A stretch of DNA of 64,000 bases from Trichosphaerium sp. ATCC 40318 (lineage: Eukaryota; Protista; Tubulinea), in the NCBI GenBank assembly GCA_038496445.1, contig JALMLS010000150.1:100326-164325 (forward strand), in the 5' to 3' direction. This document shows, one piece after another, positions 1 to 12,594 of the stretch. The stretch's first letter is position 1. Each line of letters begins with the position of its first letter. A program made the position numbers and the translations under genes. Below the pieces are notes generated by a model. That model made no database searches. It saw only the letters and a list, made by a program, of their open reading frames with translations, and was not told the origin of the DNA.

Positions 1-880
1 CCAGCATCCATAATAGCGGTTTCACGTTGTGAATAGCGAAAAGTACCTTAGCGTCAGGCTATTGTCGAGTGCAGTTTTTGTTCTTTCTTACTTTTCTTTT
101 CAAAAGGTTCTGAAACTCCAACGCGAAAATAAAGCCTTGTCAAAGAAATTAGCGCAAAATAAATGGCGTTTTTCGCGTGTTCACAAGCACAAGGATCTTG
201 CTTTATGGTTCGATGATAGATGCGTTAGATTATTTGGTCACAGCATCTGTACTTATTTTTTTTCTTTTGACAAATCAGCCAATGTTCACTGATCCTTGTC
301 TTCTAGGGAGGATGATTTACGTTAATGGCGATTTTTGGGGTGGCGTACACCATGTTGAATACAGGTAAAAAATTCTAGAATAGAATACGTTGTTACCCTT
401 TTTTATTTTGAACACGTGATACGAAAGGGTGTTTTGAATTTCGTTCAATTTGGCAATTGTTGGACGACTTAGTTTGCTTAGGATAGATGTAATAGGTGCT
501 TATATGGTGTTTGGTGTTATACCTTTTGACTTTGGAGACGCAAACGAATACACTGGGTATCACCTTGGAGAGAAAAAGTTGGCAAAAGGTATTGGCTTAT
601 ATTCAAGCAGTGGAAAGGTTTTCTCGAATGACACCCATACACCAACCAAAATCAAACCATTTAAAAGATGTAAGTACTACAAAACATACGTAGTATTCCT
701 AAAAATCTTGTAGGCGGATCTGTTGGTGTTACACTTGATATGCCCAAGAAAGAAGTAAAATTCAGTGTATTTGGAGTTGAATCTCAAGGTTTTAAACTGT
801 CGGCTAGCTGCTACAAGTTTGCTGTGTGCATACCAAGCAGAGGCGACATAGTAACTTTACTTGAAGAAAAATGCTACTAG
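1..880 (+). CDS. SPRY/B30.2-like domain protein, 3' part (5' end outside window; spliced)
   Basis: Spliced exons read GRMIYVNGDFWGGVHHVEYR/IDVIGAYMVFGVIP...GIGLYSSSGKVF...GSVGVTLDMPKKEVKFSV...YKFAVCI; VGVxLD..K.V.F pattern typical of SPRY; TAG at 878-880. Confidence 0.55.
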
Positions 881-1135
881 TCGAATGAGTTGTTCATTAG
901 TACAACTTTTGTAATGTTTAAACGGTAAAAAAATTTTGTTTGCCAATTATAAAAATGATTAGAATTGGAACTAAGGACATTTCTGAATAGTTGTTTAGAA
1001 CCTTTCAATTCCATTACAATGACTGTCACTCGGACATTCAAACACACTTTACAATCAAAATGTTACTGCATAAAAAGCTACGTATGTCCTGTAGTGTTGG
1101 ATTGTCTATCCGTGAAACATTTTGAAAAACTTTCA

Positions 1136-2053
1136 TTAAAAATAAAGTGGACGTGTATCTTTTTTAGCCAAATAGTCATTGATGTGTAAGGCCCTACCCC
1201 AGGTTATACCTAATTCCTCAGCTGCTGCTTCTGTTATTTGTGTATGTTTTCCGAATACATATTTATCATCGATTGTAATGCTTCTAAGAGACTTCAAGTG
1301 TTTCAAACAAGAGTTCGTAATTTTAATACAACTATCAAGTTTCAGGTGTTCAAGATTTGTCAGGTGCATCAAACCTGAGTCTGTGACCATGTCACATTCC
1401 CTTATAAGAAGCTTTTTGACATTAGTCAGCAATCTGACACCATCATCTGTCATCATCCTTGGGTCTTGAGGTATTATATGAACTGAGTGTACACTCACAA
1501 GTTGTTTTAGCAGTTCTTCTTTTGGCTCAGAAAATGTAATTTGGTGGACGTTCTTTAGTTCACGTATCCCATCAACAGTAATGTTCTCACAATAGCGGAT
1601 ATCAATTGTATGTACGTATTTGAGTGCCTTCAACGAAATATCTGTTATAGGCGCAGACATCAAGCAAATGTTGTGAAGGCTACTTTTATCTAGCAATTGT
1701 ATATCCTTATCCGTAGTATTTGTAGGTAGAATTATAGACTGAACACCAGATAGACACTCCAAGTCCCTCTTTGATAGTTTACGTATTTCAGATAGAAAGA
1801 TAAGGAAACAATTGATTGTGGTGTTTTTAAGCAATGGACTTCCTTTTATAAATGAAAAATCTGAAGGTTTTTCTAATGTGATTCTATCAAAGCCAATATT
1901 ATTGCGAATGATATTGTTGAACACGTGGGAAACTGTGGTAGCCCTTATACGCTCTTTCTTTTCCAGGTAGCTTAAAATATGTGTTAACGTCTCTGGTGGG
2001 AGCGTTCTAAGCAAATAAACATGTTTTTCTGGCTTCCGACATTCTTGCGACAT
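1136..2053 (-). CDS. F-box/leucine-rich repeat protein (intronless)
   Basis: 305-aa ORF; F-box LRTLPPETLTHILSYL; Cys-containing LRRs (ITDISLKALKYVHTIDIRYCENIT, VTDSGLMHLTNLEHLKLDSCIKIT). Confidence 0.85.
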   Translation of the reverse strand: MSQECRKPEKHVYLLRTLPPETLTHILSYLEKKERIRATTVSHVFNNIIRNNIGFDRITLEKPSDFSFIKGSPLLKNTTINCFLIFLSEIRKLSKRDLECLSGVQSIILPTNTTDKDIQLLDKSSLHNICLMSAPITDISLKALKYVHTIDIRYCENITVDGIRELKNVHQITFSEPKEELLKQLVSVHSVHIIPQDPRMMTDDGVRLLTNVKKLLIRECDMVTDSGLMHLTNLEHLKLDSCIKITNSCLKHLKSLRSITIDDKYVFGKHTQITEAAAEELGITWGRALHINDYLAKKDTRPLYF

Positions 2054-2305
2054 TTTGGCTAACGCAAGGCAAAAGAACCACGTGACATGAACTAAACAAG
2101 AAGGAGATTGACTACATTGGACTCACGGTTTTGCTTATCATTAGATTTGCTCAGTTTTGAAATACCCTATCCCATTGTGAAATTGATCGAGACCTTTTTG
2201 CCACACGTGCAAACTCTATCAAAGTTATTTTCATTCGTAACAATTTTTTTTTCTGTTATTTTCAATTATTTTTGTTTTATTAATTACGATCATGCCATAC
2301 AAACT

Positions 2306-4561
2306 CTACACTCTATCCATTCCTCTCTGCTCTCTTTCCATCTCCTGCCATTTTATAAACATCCTCAGAGACTCCTTAGTATCTATAGAAGTCCTATTCG
2401 ATTTAAATACAGCATTTCGCTCATGTAAGAAAGCGATACACTCTGATTCGTTCTCAAAGCCCAGTTCTGTTGATATAAAACTAACAGGCATATCTGGGCG
2501 GTATGCGGATGACATCATTTTCAATGTAAGTAGTCGGTGACCAGGCACCACAAAGTCTAGGAGGTATTGGCCCATGTTGGGCGTTGCATTGTAAAGTTTG
2601 AAAAATCGGTGGTAGTTTCCGGTCATAAATGTTTTGCGTACCTAAGCGGTCAGCGAGGGGCACAAGGGAGAAGAAAAATTAAGCAAATTTAAGAAAATTG
2701 TAGAGTAGGTTTTTAGTTTTTTGTTGCATAAAAAAGGCACTTGCACGTAAAGCATGCACAATAGCAGGTTCTTCCCTTAATTCCTTTGATAGTCCAGTAA
2801 TCACTTTATCCATCTCTAATCACAAGTAAGTACACCCCACTACGCGTAAAATACTTGCGTACCTGTAAGGTTATTTTCAACCAGCGTATACAATACACGG
2901 TATGCTGTAAACTCGATTATACTTCCGTTTGTACCTTTTTGATACATCGCAAATAATCGAGTTTGGCACTGATTATACTCTCCAAGGTCCATCTACATCA
3001 GGAACATTAATAACAAGCAAACAAAAAAGCAATTGCACTACGCGGTTTTTTGTAGCGTACGTTTTCAAGGCATAACCTAGCGTTGGTTTCATAGACCTCG
3101 ACAGAGAAGTCATTCTTTATATTTTGAACCTAACAAATTGTTAACAAAACGAACTACCAACTTAAACAACGCACTGTTAAGTCCTGTCGAACGGACTTGA
3201 GTTGCTCTCTGCAATAGCTCCAATCTTCATTCTGACTCCATTTCCTCTTAATCATCACCAAAGACCTCTTAAGTACACGCTCTGGCCGTATTGTAGATGG
3301 TTCAGGCACCTTTAGTATTATTAACAACGCTACTCGAAGCTAAAGCACTGTAAAAGAGACACTTACCGAAGTGAGTCTGAAATACTTCTTTTCTAACGTT
3401 TCCATTGTACCTTGTATAGTCAAACTATCCCAATCAATCCTTTCCGCATTAAACATAACATTACCATTGACTACAGTTCGCTTTAAGATTCCACGCTTCT
3501 TCTTTTTTGGCTTTGTTGTTGGTGTCTCTTTTACAGCAAACCTACGCATACGCGATGCTAGCATAGCGCCTTGCTTCTGATGAAACGCTAGGTTATCGGA
3601 TGGCGTAGTCACAGAGGCAAAAGAAAACTTGTCTTTTTTCTTCTTCTGTTTCTTCTGCTTCTTACCGCCAGGTGCCCCAAGAGGTTTTTTAGCAGTCCAA
3701 TTTGTAGTCCAGAGCTCATTATTCTTTATAGCTTTTGTTATAATACTCTTTAAAGCTGTTTCAATATGCGTTTTATGTGCTTGGGCTAAAACGTGACGTT
3801 AGTAACGAGGTAGACTGGACTTTTCAAAAAAACAGAAATTTCACAAAGAAATAAACATAGCACAACTCTTTGCACTTTCGATGGTTAAAACGTACTCGTA
3901 GCAGTTGCAAACGATCTCTCAACGTAATCTTTAAGTGAATTCGGCCAAGTACTAGGCTTTGATGCGTCACCACCGCTTTGTATATTACTACCAAACGACG
4001 TTCTCTTCTGACGTTTTACTGCCACCGGTTGGTTCTGTGACACTTTGCGTTTCTGATTGAAGGAGTTTGTAGTTGCTGTGGTGGGAGCTGTTGGCTAGAG
4101 AAGGTTAATGGGAGTTGTAATAAACAAGACGTGTCAAAGAGTAAAAAAAAGGCGTTGCTTACTCCTGGTGTTGTTTGAGGGGCCCCAGGCGCGGTATAAT
4201 ACCACGACGCGAAATGTTGAGGCTGCGATGCATTACTCCCGTTCCATTGCGCAGCTGGTTGTTGCGTTTGCGGGGTGTTGTAACCATAGTTATATCCGTA
4301 GCCCTGATAGCCATAAGGGTAACCATAAGATCCGTATTGTTGTGTTTGGGCGTATTGTTGGGCCCACGGTGCTGTCTGCTGTGATGGTGCTCCAGGCTAT
4401 AATTATTAGCTTCACAGGTTCGATTTAACTAAATTACAAATACAAAAAATGTATTTAAGCATTTTGGCGCCGGAATATGCGCATTACAATACCCTGGCCT
4501 TGAAAATTACATAGTAAAACACAAAGAGTCCTACCTGCTTGGGTTGTCCACTGGGATTCAT
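2306..4561 (-). CDS. SAC3/GANP/THP3 (LENG8-like) PCI-domain protein, multi-exon
   Basis: GTMETLEKKYFRLTS, TIRPERVL, QLKSVRQDLT, GNYHRFFKLY, MMSSAYRP motifs of the LENG8/Thp3 family; Y/G/Q-rich N-terminus; ATG 4561. Confidence 0.85.
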
Positions 4562-4753
4562 CTTAAAATAAGCTTCAAGCAATACGAGATGTTATCTTCG
4601 AAATTAAACGGTCATTGAATAACCTTGAAAAGTAAAACTGTTTCAAGGCTTTAAAAACAGAGAAAACCCAAAGGCTTACAGTTTACGTGCGTATAAACCG
4701 TAAGAGCGTTATTGAGCTTTTTGTAGTTAACTGTAACATTCCGTTCCTACAAA

Positions 4754-7297
4754 ATGCTCGCACGTTTCTCCCGTCATGGCTATAGAGCCTCTATGCGTAC
4801 AACATCGAATGTACGGGTAAATAAGCGGATTATACCCAATCGGCGCTTCACAACCTCTGTGTTGCGTTTAGACAATAGGAAACAACCTATCGAGCGTACA
4901 GAAGGTGGCGTGGAACAACCACAGTTAGGGGGTTATCATGATGATAAACGACAAGGCAGATACGACCCAAGTACGAGTGCCAGCGTAGTTAAACATGACA
5001 GCGCAAAAATAAAAATGACACTAGCTAAAAACGCAACTAGTGAGCCTTATGCATGAGGAAGTAAACAAAAAGAGGGAGTTTGCCGAGAAGCTCAGATCTA
5101 ATAGTACGACAGGGTGCGCCTCTGCTTTGTATTAAACTCTATTTGCAGGGGGCTTCATGGCCAATACCTTTGGTAGCGATTGGAGGTCATGGGCTCTTAT
5201 TTTGTTTCTTTTTGGAATAATTGCGTGGAAAAGGTACTCTTCGCACTAAACCGATGCTACCTCACGCTCTAAACTTTTTATTTTCAACTTCAAATACATC
5301 TGAACCGATTCCAAAATTGACAACTTCAAGGGAGAAGAGAGACAACACAATGGTTGGTGGGATCAATAATGATGATAGGGCACTCTCAACTAATACGGTA
5401 TGACTCTATAAAGTCTTATGTAAAGAAGAATTCTGGTTATTACTATGTTTTCAAAAAACATTTTTTAACGCACTTCAAAAATTTCTCCACGTGCAGCAGT
5501 ATGCTTCAATAGCTCCATAAAATTATTATCTAATCATTTGATATTAGATTAATATCCTCAAAAAAATACCAACACGCTACGGCTCATATCTTTGGGGAAA
5601 ATTTGCTCACACTGAATTTCCTTATCCTATTCAACAATCAATCATTAGCATCTACGCTTGGTTATTTAGTTGCAAGTACGAAATATCTACGATGAATGAA
5701 TGAACTCACAAAACAGACATACCATCTTGAAGCAATAATGTAACTCTTTTTCTTCTTTAGCCTTGATGAAATGCTTGAACCTAAGAGCAGTTACAAAACG
5801 CTTAATGCATTTTTTACTCGATCATTGAGACAGGACGTCCGTCCGATTAGTCAGATTCCTGAAGCTATGGTAAGATTCCCATCGTTGCACACTTCGCCGA
5901 GGGTCTTACTAAGATGTAATAGGTTAGCCCTTGTGATGGTAAAATGGTTCATTTCGGACTTGTTAGAGGAGATACTGTTGAGCAAATCAAGGACTTAACT
6001 TATTCTTTAACTGACTTTCTTGGTCCAGTACGTACTTGTAAAACATTTTACTGCATTCTGGTTTTATTCTTTTGCACTACACATCATGTGACTGCATGAT
6101 ATTGATAATACGGCTTAGGAAAGTGCGTTTAAAGAGAGTATTCTAGTTCATCAAAAAATCATGGATACAGCCGGTTTTATTAATACTGCTGCGCATGATT
6201 CATGCTTATACTATTGTGTTCTTTATTTGGGACCTGGAGATTATCATGGTTTCCATTCACCTGTTGATTGGACAGTAAGTGAACAACGACACTTCCCAGG
6301 TACTTTTTTTTCGATTAAAAAAACCGAATGCAATACTTCTCCTTCTTTGTCTGTTTGTAGTCATTTGCTATTTCTCTTTGTTTTAAAACTCTATGTTAGG
6401 ACATCTGTTTAGTGTATCTGGACTTGCATTCAGGATGATACGTAATTTGCTTGTAGTAAACGAGAGGTAGAGGGTTTTTTCTTGTTTTTTTTTTCCTTTA
6501 ATTGACGTGTTGCGTTTTAGAGTCGTGCTGACTGGAGAATGGTTGTGGGGTAACTTTGCGTTTGCGCCAGTTGGTGCATATAATGTAGGATCGATTGCCC
6601 TTCGACATGACGCACAACTAGAGACTAACAAACAAAACCAAGTTCCTGAGGCTGGTTTTCAAAAAAAACAACTAAACAACATACCTTACATCAAAGGTCA
6701 ACAAATAGGTTCATTTAACCTTGGATCCTCTGTTGTACTAGTATTTGATAGCCCAGAGTTTGCTTTCACTGTAAAACGTGGTAAAAAAGTGAAAGTAGGA
6801 GAACCTCTTGGTGTGGTTGTAACTTCTAGATTCGCAGAAGAATTTGGCGAATTAAAGGCCAAATGGCATGTCCAAAAGGTAAATAGAGTATTGTCTTACA
6901 CAAGAAGGGCGGAGGAACACTTGAAAAGAAACCCAGAACTAGCTAAGAGGTACGTTTTTTTGTTTATAAACAAGTCGCCCTGTTGGATAACAGTAGCTCT
7001 TGGGTTTGTACTACACGTCGCAAAATTACCGATATTTCAAGAAATCTCTTCTTTTTGGTGACCTTTTGTACAATTTTTTGCAGAAAACAGCTCATTTTTT
7101 AGTAAATTTAATCGGGCTGTACTCAATTTTGATTTCGAAAAGTAGTTCATTGCTGTAATTATTCAAAAATATGTCGTTTGAATGTATATCATTTTTTCTC
7201 ACTTTTTTTTTTTTCAAACAATAGAATTGAAGAAGCACGACAACATAAAAAAGAGCAAAGTTTGGCTGACGACCCTAGAAACGTACCTCTACCTTAA
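4754..7297 (+). CDS. PSD1: Phosphatidylserine decarboxylase proenzyme, mitochondrial type, multi-exon
   Basis: Arg/Ser-rich presequence; [54 protein letters not shown] self-cleavage motif; C-terminal extension to TAA 7295-7297. Confidence 0.92.
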
Positions 7298-7731
7298 AAC
7301 GATTTAAATATCTTGTTACATAAAAAACGGGTTGTGGTGTTTAAATTATACTAGAACAACATTGTTGATTTTTCTCGAGAAAAAAAAAATATTGAGAAAA
7401 AATTGTCAACAAAACATTGCGTTAGAGTGAAAAAAATGGCCCTGCACCAACCCCTGACTAGAGAAGAAATTGTCAAGAATATACGAAAGCAGATTTGGAA
7501 ACAAAGTCTGGAAATACGAAAAAGAGCTTGTCTTTTGAATCACGTGTTCTTTTTCTTCACAAAAGTCTACATTATTTATTTCGGCGCCTTATACTTTACA
7601 TATCTCTTCATTTAAGTGTCTGCTATAATATTTCAAGGTTAAACCAGCGAAATGTTTCCTACAATCTTGTGTGCACTACTTTCAACATTAAGGCTTAATA
7701 TAATTACTATAATTCGCAAACCAAACACAGA

Positions 7732-8480
7732 ATGAAGCTCTTCCTTATTACCCTCTTCGTTGCTGCCGCGTATTGTATACTTAACAATGTGGTAGTAGAA
7801 CGACAATACACTGATGAAAACTGTATGAACGCGATAAATCCCTTCTCCGAGTTCGGCAACCAGTGTTTTACTGGCTCCAAGTGGTTTTGTTACGGCGTAC
7901 GGCAAACTTCTATTTTTTTTCGAAAACAACCCTTATTTAACAATGACACTGATACAACATTAGAATTTCTTCTTTCGCATCACGTGGGAGAACGCCGATT
8001 GTACTGGTTCAGCACAAATCAAGCACTTCACAGCAACTGACTGCTTCAAAGACGAAGATACTGCCTTCTACTCAAAGCTAACATGTGCTAACGGTACGCC
8101 AAGCTTTAGTTTTTACGTCATAATTTGTATTAAATTTTTTCAGGCTTCACACCAATCCCTACCTATGGAAGCTCACAGTCTGCCGATGTATGGAGTGGCG
8201 CAGGATGTATGGGAACACCAATATTTTCCGCACCACCACAACAGACACTCACATGCACCCCTCAAACTGATCGTAATCAACTTGTTGGTTGTAGTTCGTC
8301 AACAGTGCGTCTTACCTAACTATTTCCGAAGTTTAATTTTTTGTTTTTTAGTATGTCAATGCGCAGTATGCTCTGAGCGATACAACATGTTCTCAACCTA
8401 TAGCTCAAGTAGTAGATCCAAGTGTAGGACAGTGTATTGATTTGAACGGTATATCTAATACGATTACATGCACTCCGTAA
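7732..8480 (+). CDS. Small secreted Cys-containing protein, unknown function
   Basis: Signal peptide MKLFLITLFVAAA; spliced exons give repeated Y-x2-3-C...C units; TAA 8478-8480 followed by AATAAA. Confidence 0.6.
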
Positions 8481-9143
8481 GCTACTAAATAAAAAAAAAA
8501 AGCTGTTGACAAGTTCTTCAATCTGGTATTTACAAACTTGTGGTCTAGTTATTCTCTTACCATTACTAATTTGTGTTGAAAACTGCAGTGGTGTCTACAC
8601 AATACACTACTACTAGGACGCATAATAAGTGCTTTTCAGAAAGGTGGTGGTAGCGTATTAGCCCGCCCATGAAGAAAGTGGGAAACCCAGTGCTCGACAA
8701 ACTATTAGAATGCTGTACACTATCTGGTAAAAAAGATGTTAACATAGTAATTGAAATATTACAGTTTTGTGACAACCGTGTTGTCACTGTTAATTGTTCA
8801 ACACTAGAAATTCGGCCTTTTATGGAAGTTGTTTTTTGGTGAGTTGTTGTGTATTCAAATAAAACGGAAACCTTAAGTTTTCGGCGTTTTCAGCAGCAGG
8901 TATACCTACTCTAACAAGCACGTTGATATCATTTACCCCTAGTTGTACGGCTCTTTATTCTGACGAGATATTCACACTAATTTAGTACCAAACTTTACAA
9001 GTTGGACCTTGTATTTCGAGCAAAACAGTTGTATCTTAGGAACACAACATATCGACAAGACAACAGTGAACGGTTTCACGTTTACTTAACAATTTTCTCA
9101 TATTTTCGAGATCCCAACCATTTTCCAAAGAGCAACCTACAAA

Positions 9144-10772
9144 ATGCGTATCTTATTTGGTAAGTAACGTTTAGACGCACGTGACGTGACTTTTTTTGTT
9201 AATAAAAGGGGTTCTGTTATTCATTATTTCAACCGTATCAGCAAGTCGACAAGTTGACTGCACGTCATTTAATCGCCAAATAGACACTCAAGAACTTGAA
9301 CGTTATCTTGTCGGTTTCAGCAACTTTGAAGAAACTGATGCGTCCAACAAAACAACGCGTGAAGGAAGGAGTTCTATACAGTTCGAGGCGCAACTAGCCT
9401 ACGCAATGGGTGGTACAGGTGGAGTAGACCTAGCCGAGTTCATGTACGTCGTATGAATCTAGTATTACTCTAATTGGCTATAGTTACGCAGTTAGAGTAC
9501 TCGAAGAGGAGGTTGATGCCGTTTCAGTACCCTTGAAAGTTGTCACAAACACGTGGCAACTACAATGGAAAGGAATCGCTGATAGACATGCTTCAAGCGG
9601 TGATACTCAAGCCTCTAATGGTAGAATGCGATTAGCAGCGAAACACTATCACATGGCGGCAACTTATTATCAGATTGCTGAACGATTCGGTGATCACATG
9701 GATCCTGATAATCTTGATCTTTACTCGATGTCAGTCGCTTTGTTTACAAAGGCTGCGAACATCTCTCATGGATGTTCTTCGGTGCAAGTTCCTTATGACA
9801 ATACAACTCTACCAGCTTATTGGTGTACTGGAAAACACCTGCAAATGCCAAGCATTATCATTGTGAGTGGTTTCGACTCAAGCAATCTTTTCTCTTTTCA
9901 CGGAGTAGCTATAGCCGCACTTGAGGAAGGATACAATGTATTGATATTGGAAGGACCTGGACAAGGAAGCGCGAGTAGATTCCAAAATCTAGCTTTTATA
10001 CCAAACTTTGAAGCAGCAATAACTCCAGCAGTTGATTGGATACAAACTAAGTATGGTAAGTCCGGTTCCGTTTCTTGTTCTTCCGTCAGCTTCTTTTCAA
10101 CATCAAAATCACGTGCATCATTGATAGTTACAAAGTACCGTTTCCTTTAATCTTGTCATTGCCAAATACATGTTCTACAGGTGCCTGGATATCCTTACTC
10201 TTCTTGTTCTAGGTATGAACATGAAAATAGCTCTTTGGTGCCATTCTTTTGGAGGTTACTTATGTGCAAGAGCATTCGCTAAAGAACAAAGAATAGCAGC
10301 TACAATTCTAGATGGAGGCATTCTTGACTTCTACCAACTCTTAATCTGTGACCTTCCTGCGAACATTCGTGACTTATTCTTCAACAATAGACCAGCTTTT
10401 GACAACTTAATGGGTGAGGCGATGCCATACTCATACAGTCTTCAATTCCTTCAATACTGGGGATCCCTTGGCTTCCAAGTATCGACTATAAGCCAAGCGC
10501 TTGATAAAGCTCAAGCTTTTATTATGGGTGATGCTATTGAAGGTTTTGGTTCAAGGCCTGTGCTAGTTGATGATCCAAAGCTGGATACTTTGGCGAAGAA
10601 TGCTTCTGTTTTATTCTTTGATGCTTTACCAAGACCTTTGAATATGCACTCAGAGATTTACTCACCTAGTGTTGATAGTGGGATGGCTCTACATTCGGCT
10701 GCGTCTTCCACACAGAACGCAAATGCTTATTACTTATCTTGGCTTGAAACCGTTTTGTATGGAAAAAAATAA
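9144..10772 (+). CDS. Secreted alpha/beta hydrolase (FrsA/DUF1100, 2,6-dihydropseudooxynicotine hydrolase-like)
   Basis: Signal peptide; AATYYQIAE, VPYDNTTLPAY, SGFDS, EGPGQG, FIPNFE, nucleophile elbow CHSFGG, C-terminal GMALH. Confidence 0.8.
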
Positions 10773-11436
10773 AAACCTGTTCAGTTAATGAGTTGTTGTG
10801 ACTTTTTGAATCAGACTCTGAATGACCACACTAAAATATCTGGTTTTTGGTACTGTTTTCAACTATATACAAAGTATAGGAGGTACACTAGTGATGACAT
10901 CTGCGACAAAAACCACATTTGTTTGGGTTTTTTTCCAGTAATTTTATTCACTTCAATCCTGTGTCAAAAGTTCGATATTCTGGTTGGCTTCAGCCTCCTC
11001 CATAGCACGAATATGTGTAACATCATTTTTGAAGAAAGATAACCACACAGTCAAAGAGAAAACTGCAAAAAACAAAAAACAAGGAAGGCTATTTTACTAC
11101 TTCTGAATTTCAATTTCGCCGGATAATTAGTTAGACCCTTAGTACTGATGAACAATACACCGCAAATGCACTTGTCAAGCATACTGGTAAATGATTTCAT
11201 AAGACCAACGTTGCTTTCTGTCACAACCAAAAAAGCAAAAAAAAACAGTTTTCGCTGCCACATTTTTCTGTATTGCCAACAAACCTTTTTTAGGATTCTA
11301 CTGTACCGCCCCTAGAAAGTACTTACAACAGGACAATTGAATTCAGTCTACCGATCACTTTAGTGTAGTGATTGTTAACTGCGTGAAGCAAATTTTTTCG
11401 TTATTGTTTCCTTTTTTGGTCTACAGTGGTGTATTA

Positions 11437-12154
11437 TTACAGTTTACGATGCAGATGTTTTCTGTATCGGTTTTTAGAGAAGATACGCTTGTGCTTTCTC
11501 TTTTTTGGTACAAGTTGACGGATGAATGCCGTTAGCAATTCAAGTATCTCGCTTAGGCATTTCTAAGCGTAGTTGGTTCGTTTTACGCTGAAATAAGCTG
11601 TAAACGTTCTGGTACAACGTTTTCGTATATTGCTCTATCTCCTAGCACTGCATGAGCGTTTATGATATTTTTAAAGGTATTTGAAGAGTTTTGTACCTGG
11701 ATAAGGTGCATACGGAACCCTTTCTGCTGCAAGTCTCGGGATGACTCCCGAAATCATTATAGAGTTATGGTTAGACAGTTCCGCAGAGGCAATTACAAAA
11801 ATATGCCCAAAACACTTCTAAAGACTCCGAATGTCAGAAAAGCAGATCTAGACACTTTGCTTCTTGTACGCACATTACTTGGACATCTCAAATAGTAGTC
11901 TATTACTGTTTGGTCGTGGTTTGAAGATATCCAGCTACGCGTGTTTCGTTAGACACTCAATAAACGCTTAAAGCTTTGTTTCTAGACACATACTTGTATT
12001 TCTTTAGTGTTTCTGGGCTTACAAGCCATACGCGACCACAGCGCTCACAAGTGCATTCGCGCTTCCAATTGGCTTTGTCACGTCTTCCTATACTTGTTTA
12101 GGTGCTGGATTTGTGTACTGCTAATTGGCTGGTACGTTTTGCGAAAAAGGCCAT
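11437..12154 (-). CDS. Hypothetical small basic multi-exon protein (absent from ORF track)
   Basis: GT-AG splicing joins MAFFAKRRRDKANWKRECTCERCGRVWLVSPETLKRIQ/LDIFKPRPN.../KCLSEILELLTAFIRQLVPKKRKHKRIFSKNRYRKHLHRKL*; middle junction uncertain. Confidence 0.4.
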
Positions 12155-12594
12155 TGTCTAACTAATGATTAAATTTAATGATGGTTCCTTGCAAGTTGCA
12201 ATGATAGTGTTCGTAATATTAAAAAGCACTATGAACCTAAAAAGGAGCAAGAAAAGTCGTAAAATTTCTAACTTCCGTTTTTAGAAGTAGTGACTTTTTT
12301 TTTGCTACGTAGATCTACACGTCACCATGAATCACTCCTTTGTGTTGGCATTATGTACGCGCAACGAAAGAGTAGGTAGAATTGATGATATAACGACATA
12401 ATTAACGGAACAACTCCAGTAACGTTTTTTTTTGAACTTCTGATAAAAAAAACAGCCGTTGGTGTTGTAGGTCGGTAGTTAGTACCCTTAAAGGTCAAAT
12501 AATATCCTAGACTTTGATATAACGTAAAAAATGTATGCATCATGATAATGATTTTGATGGTGACATATCGGTTATGTCGTGTCACTTTTTTATT

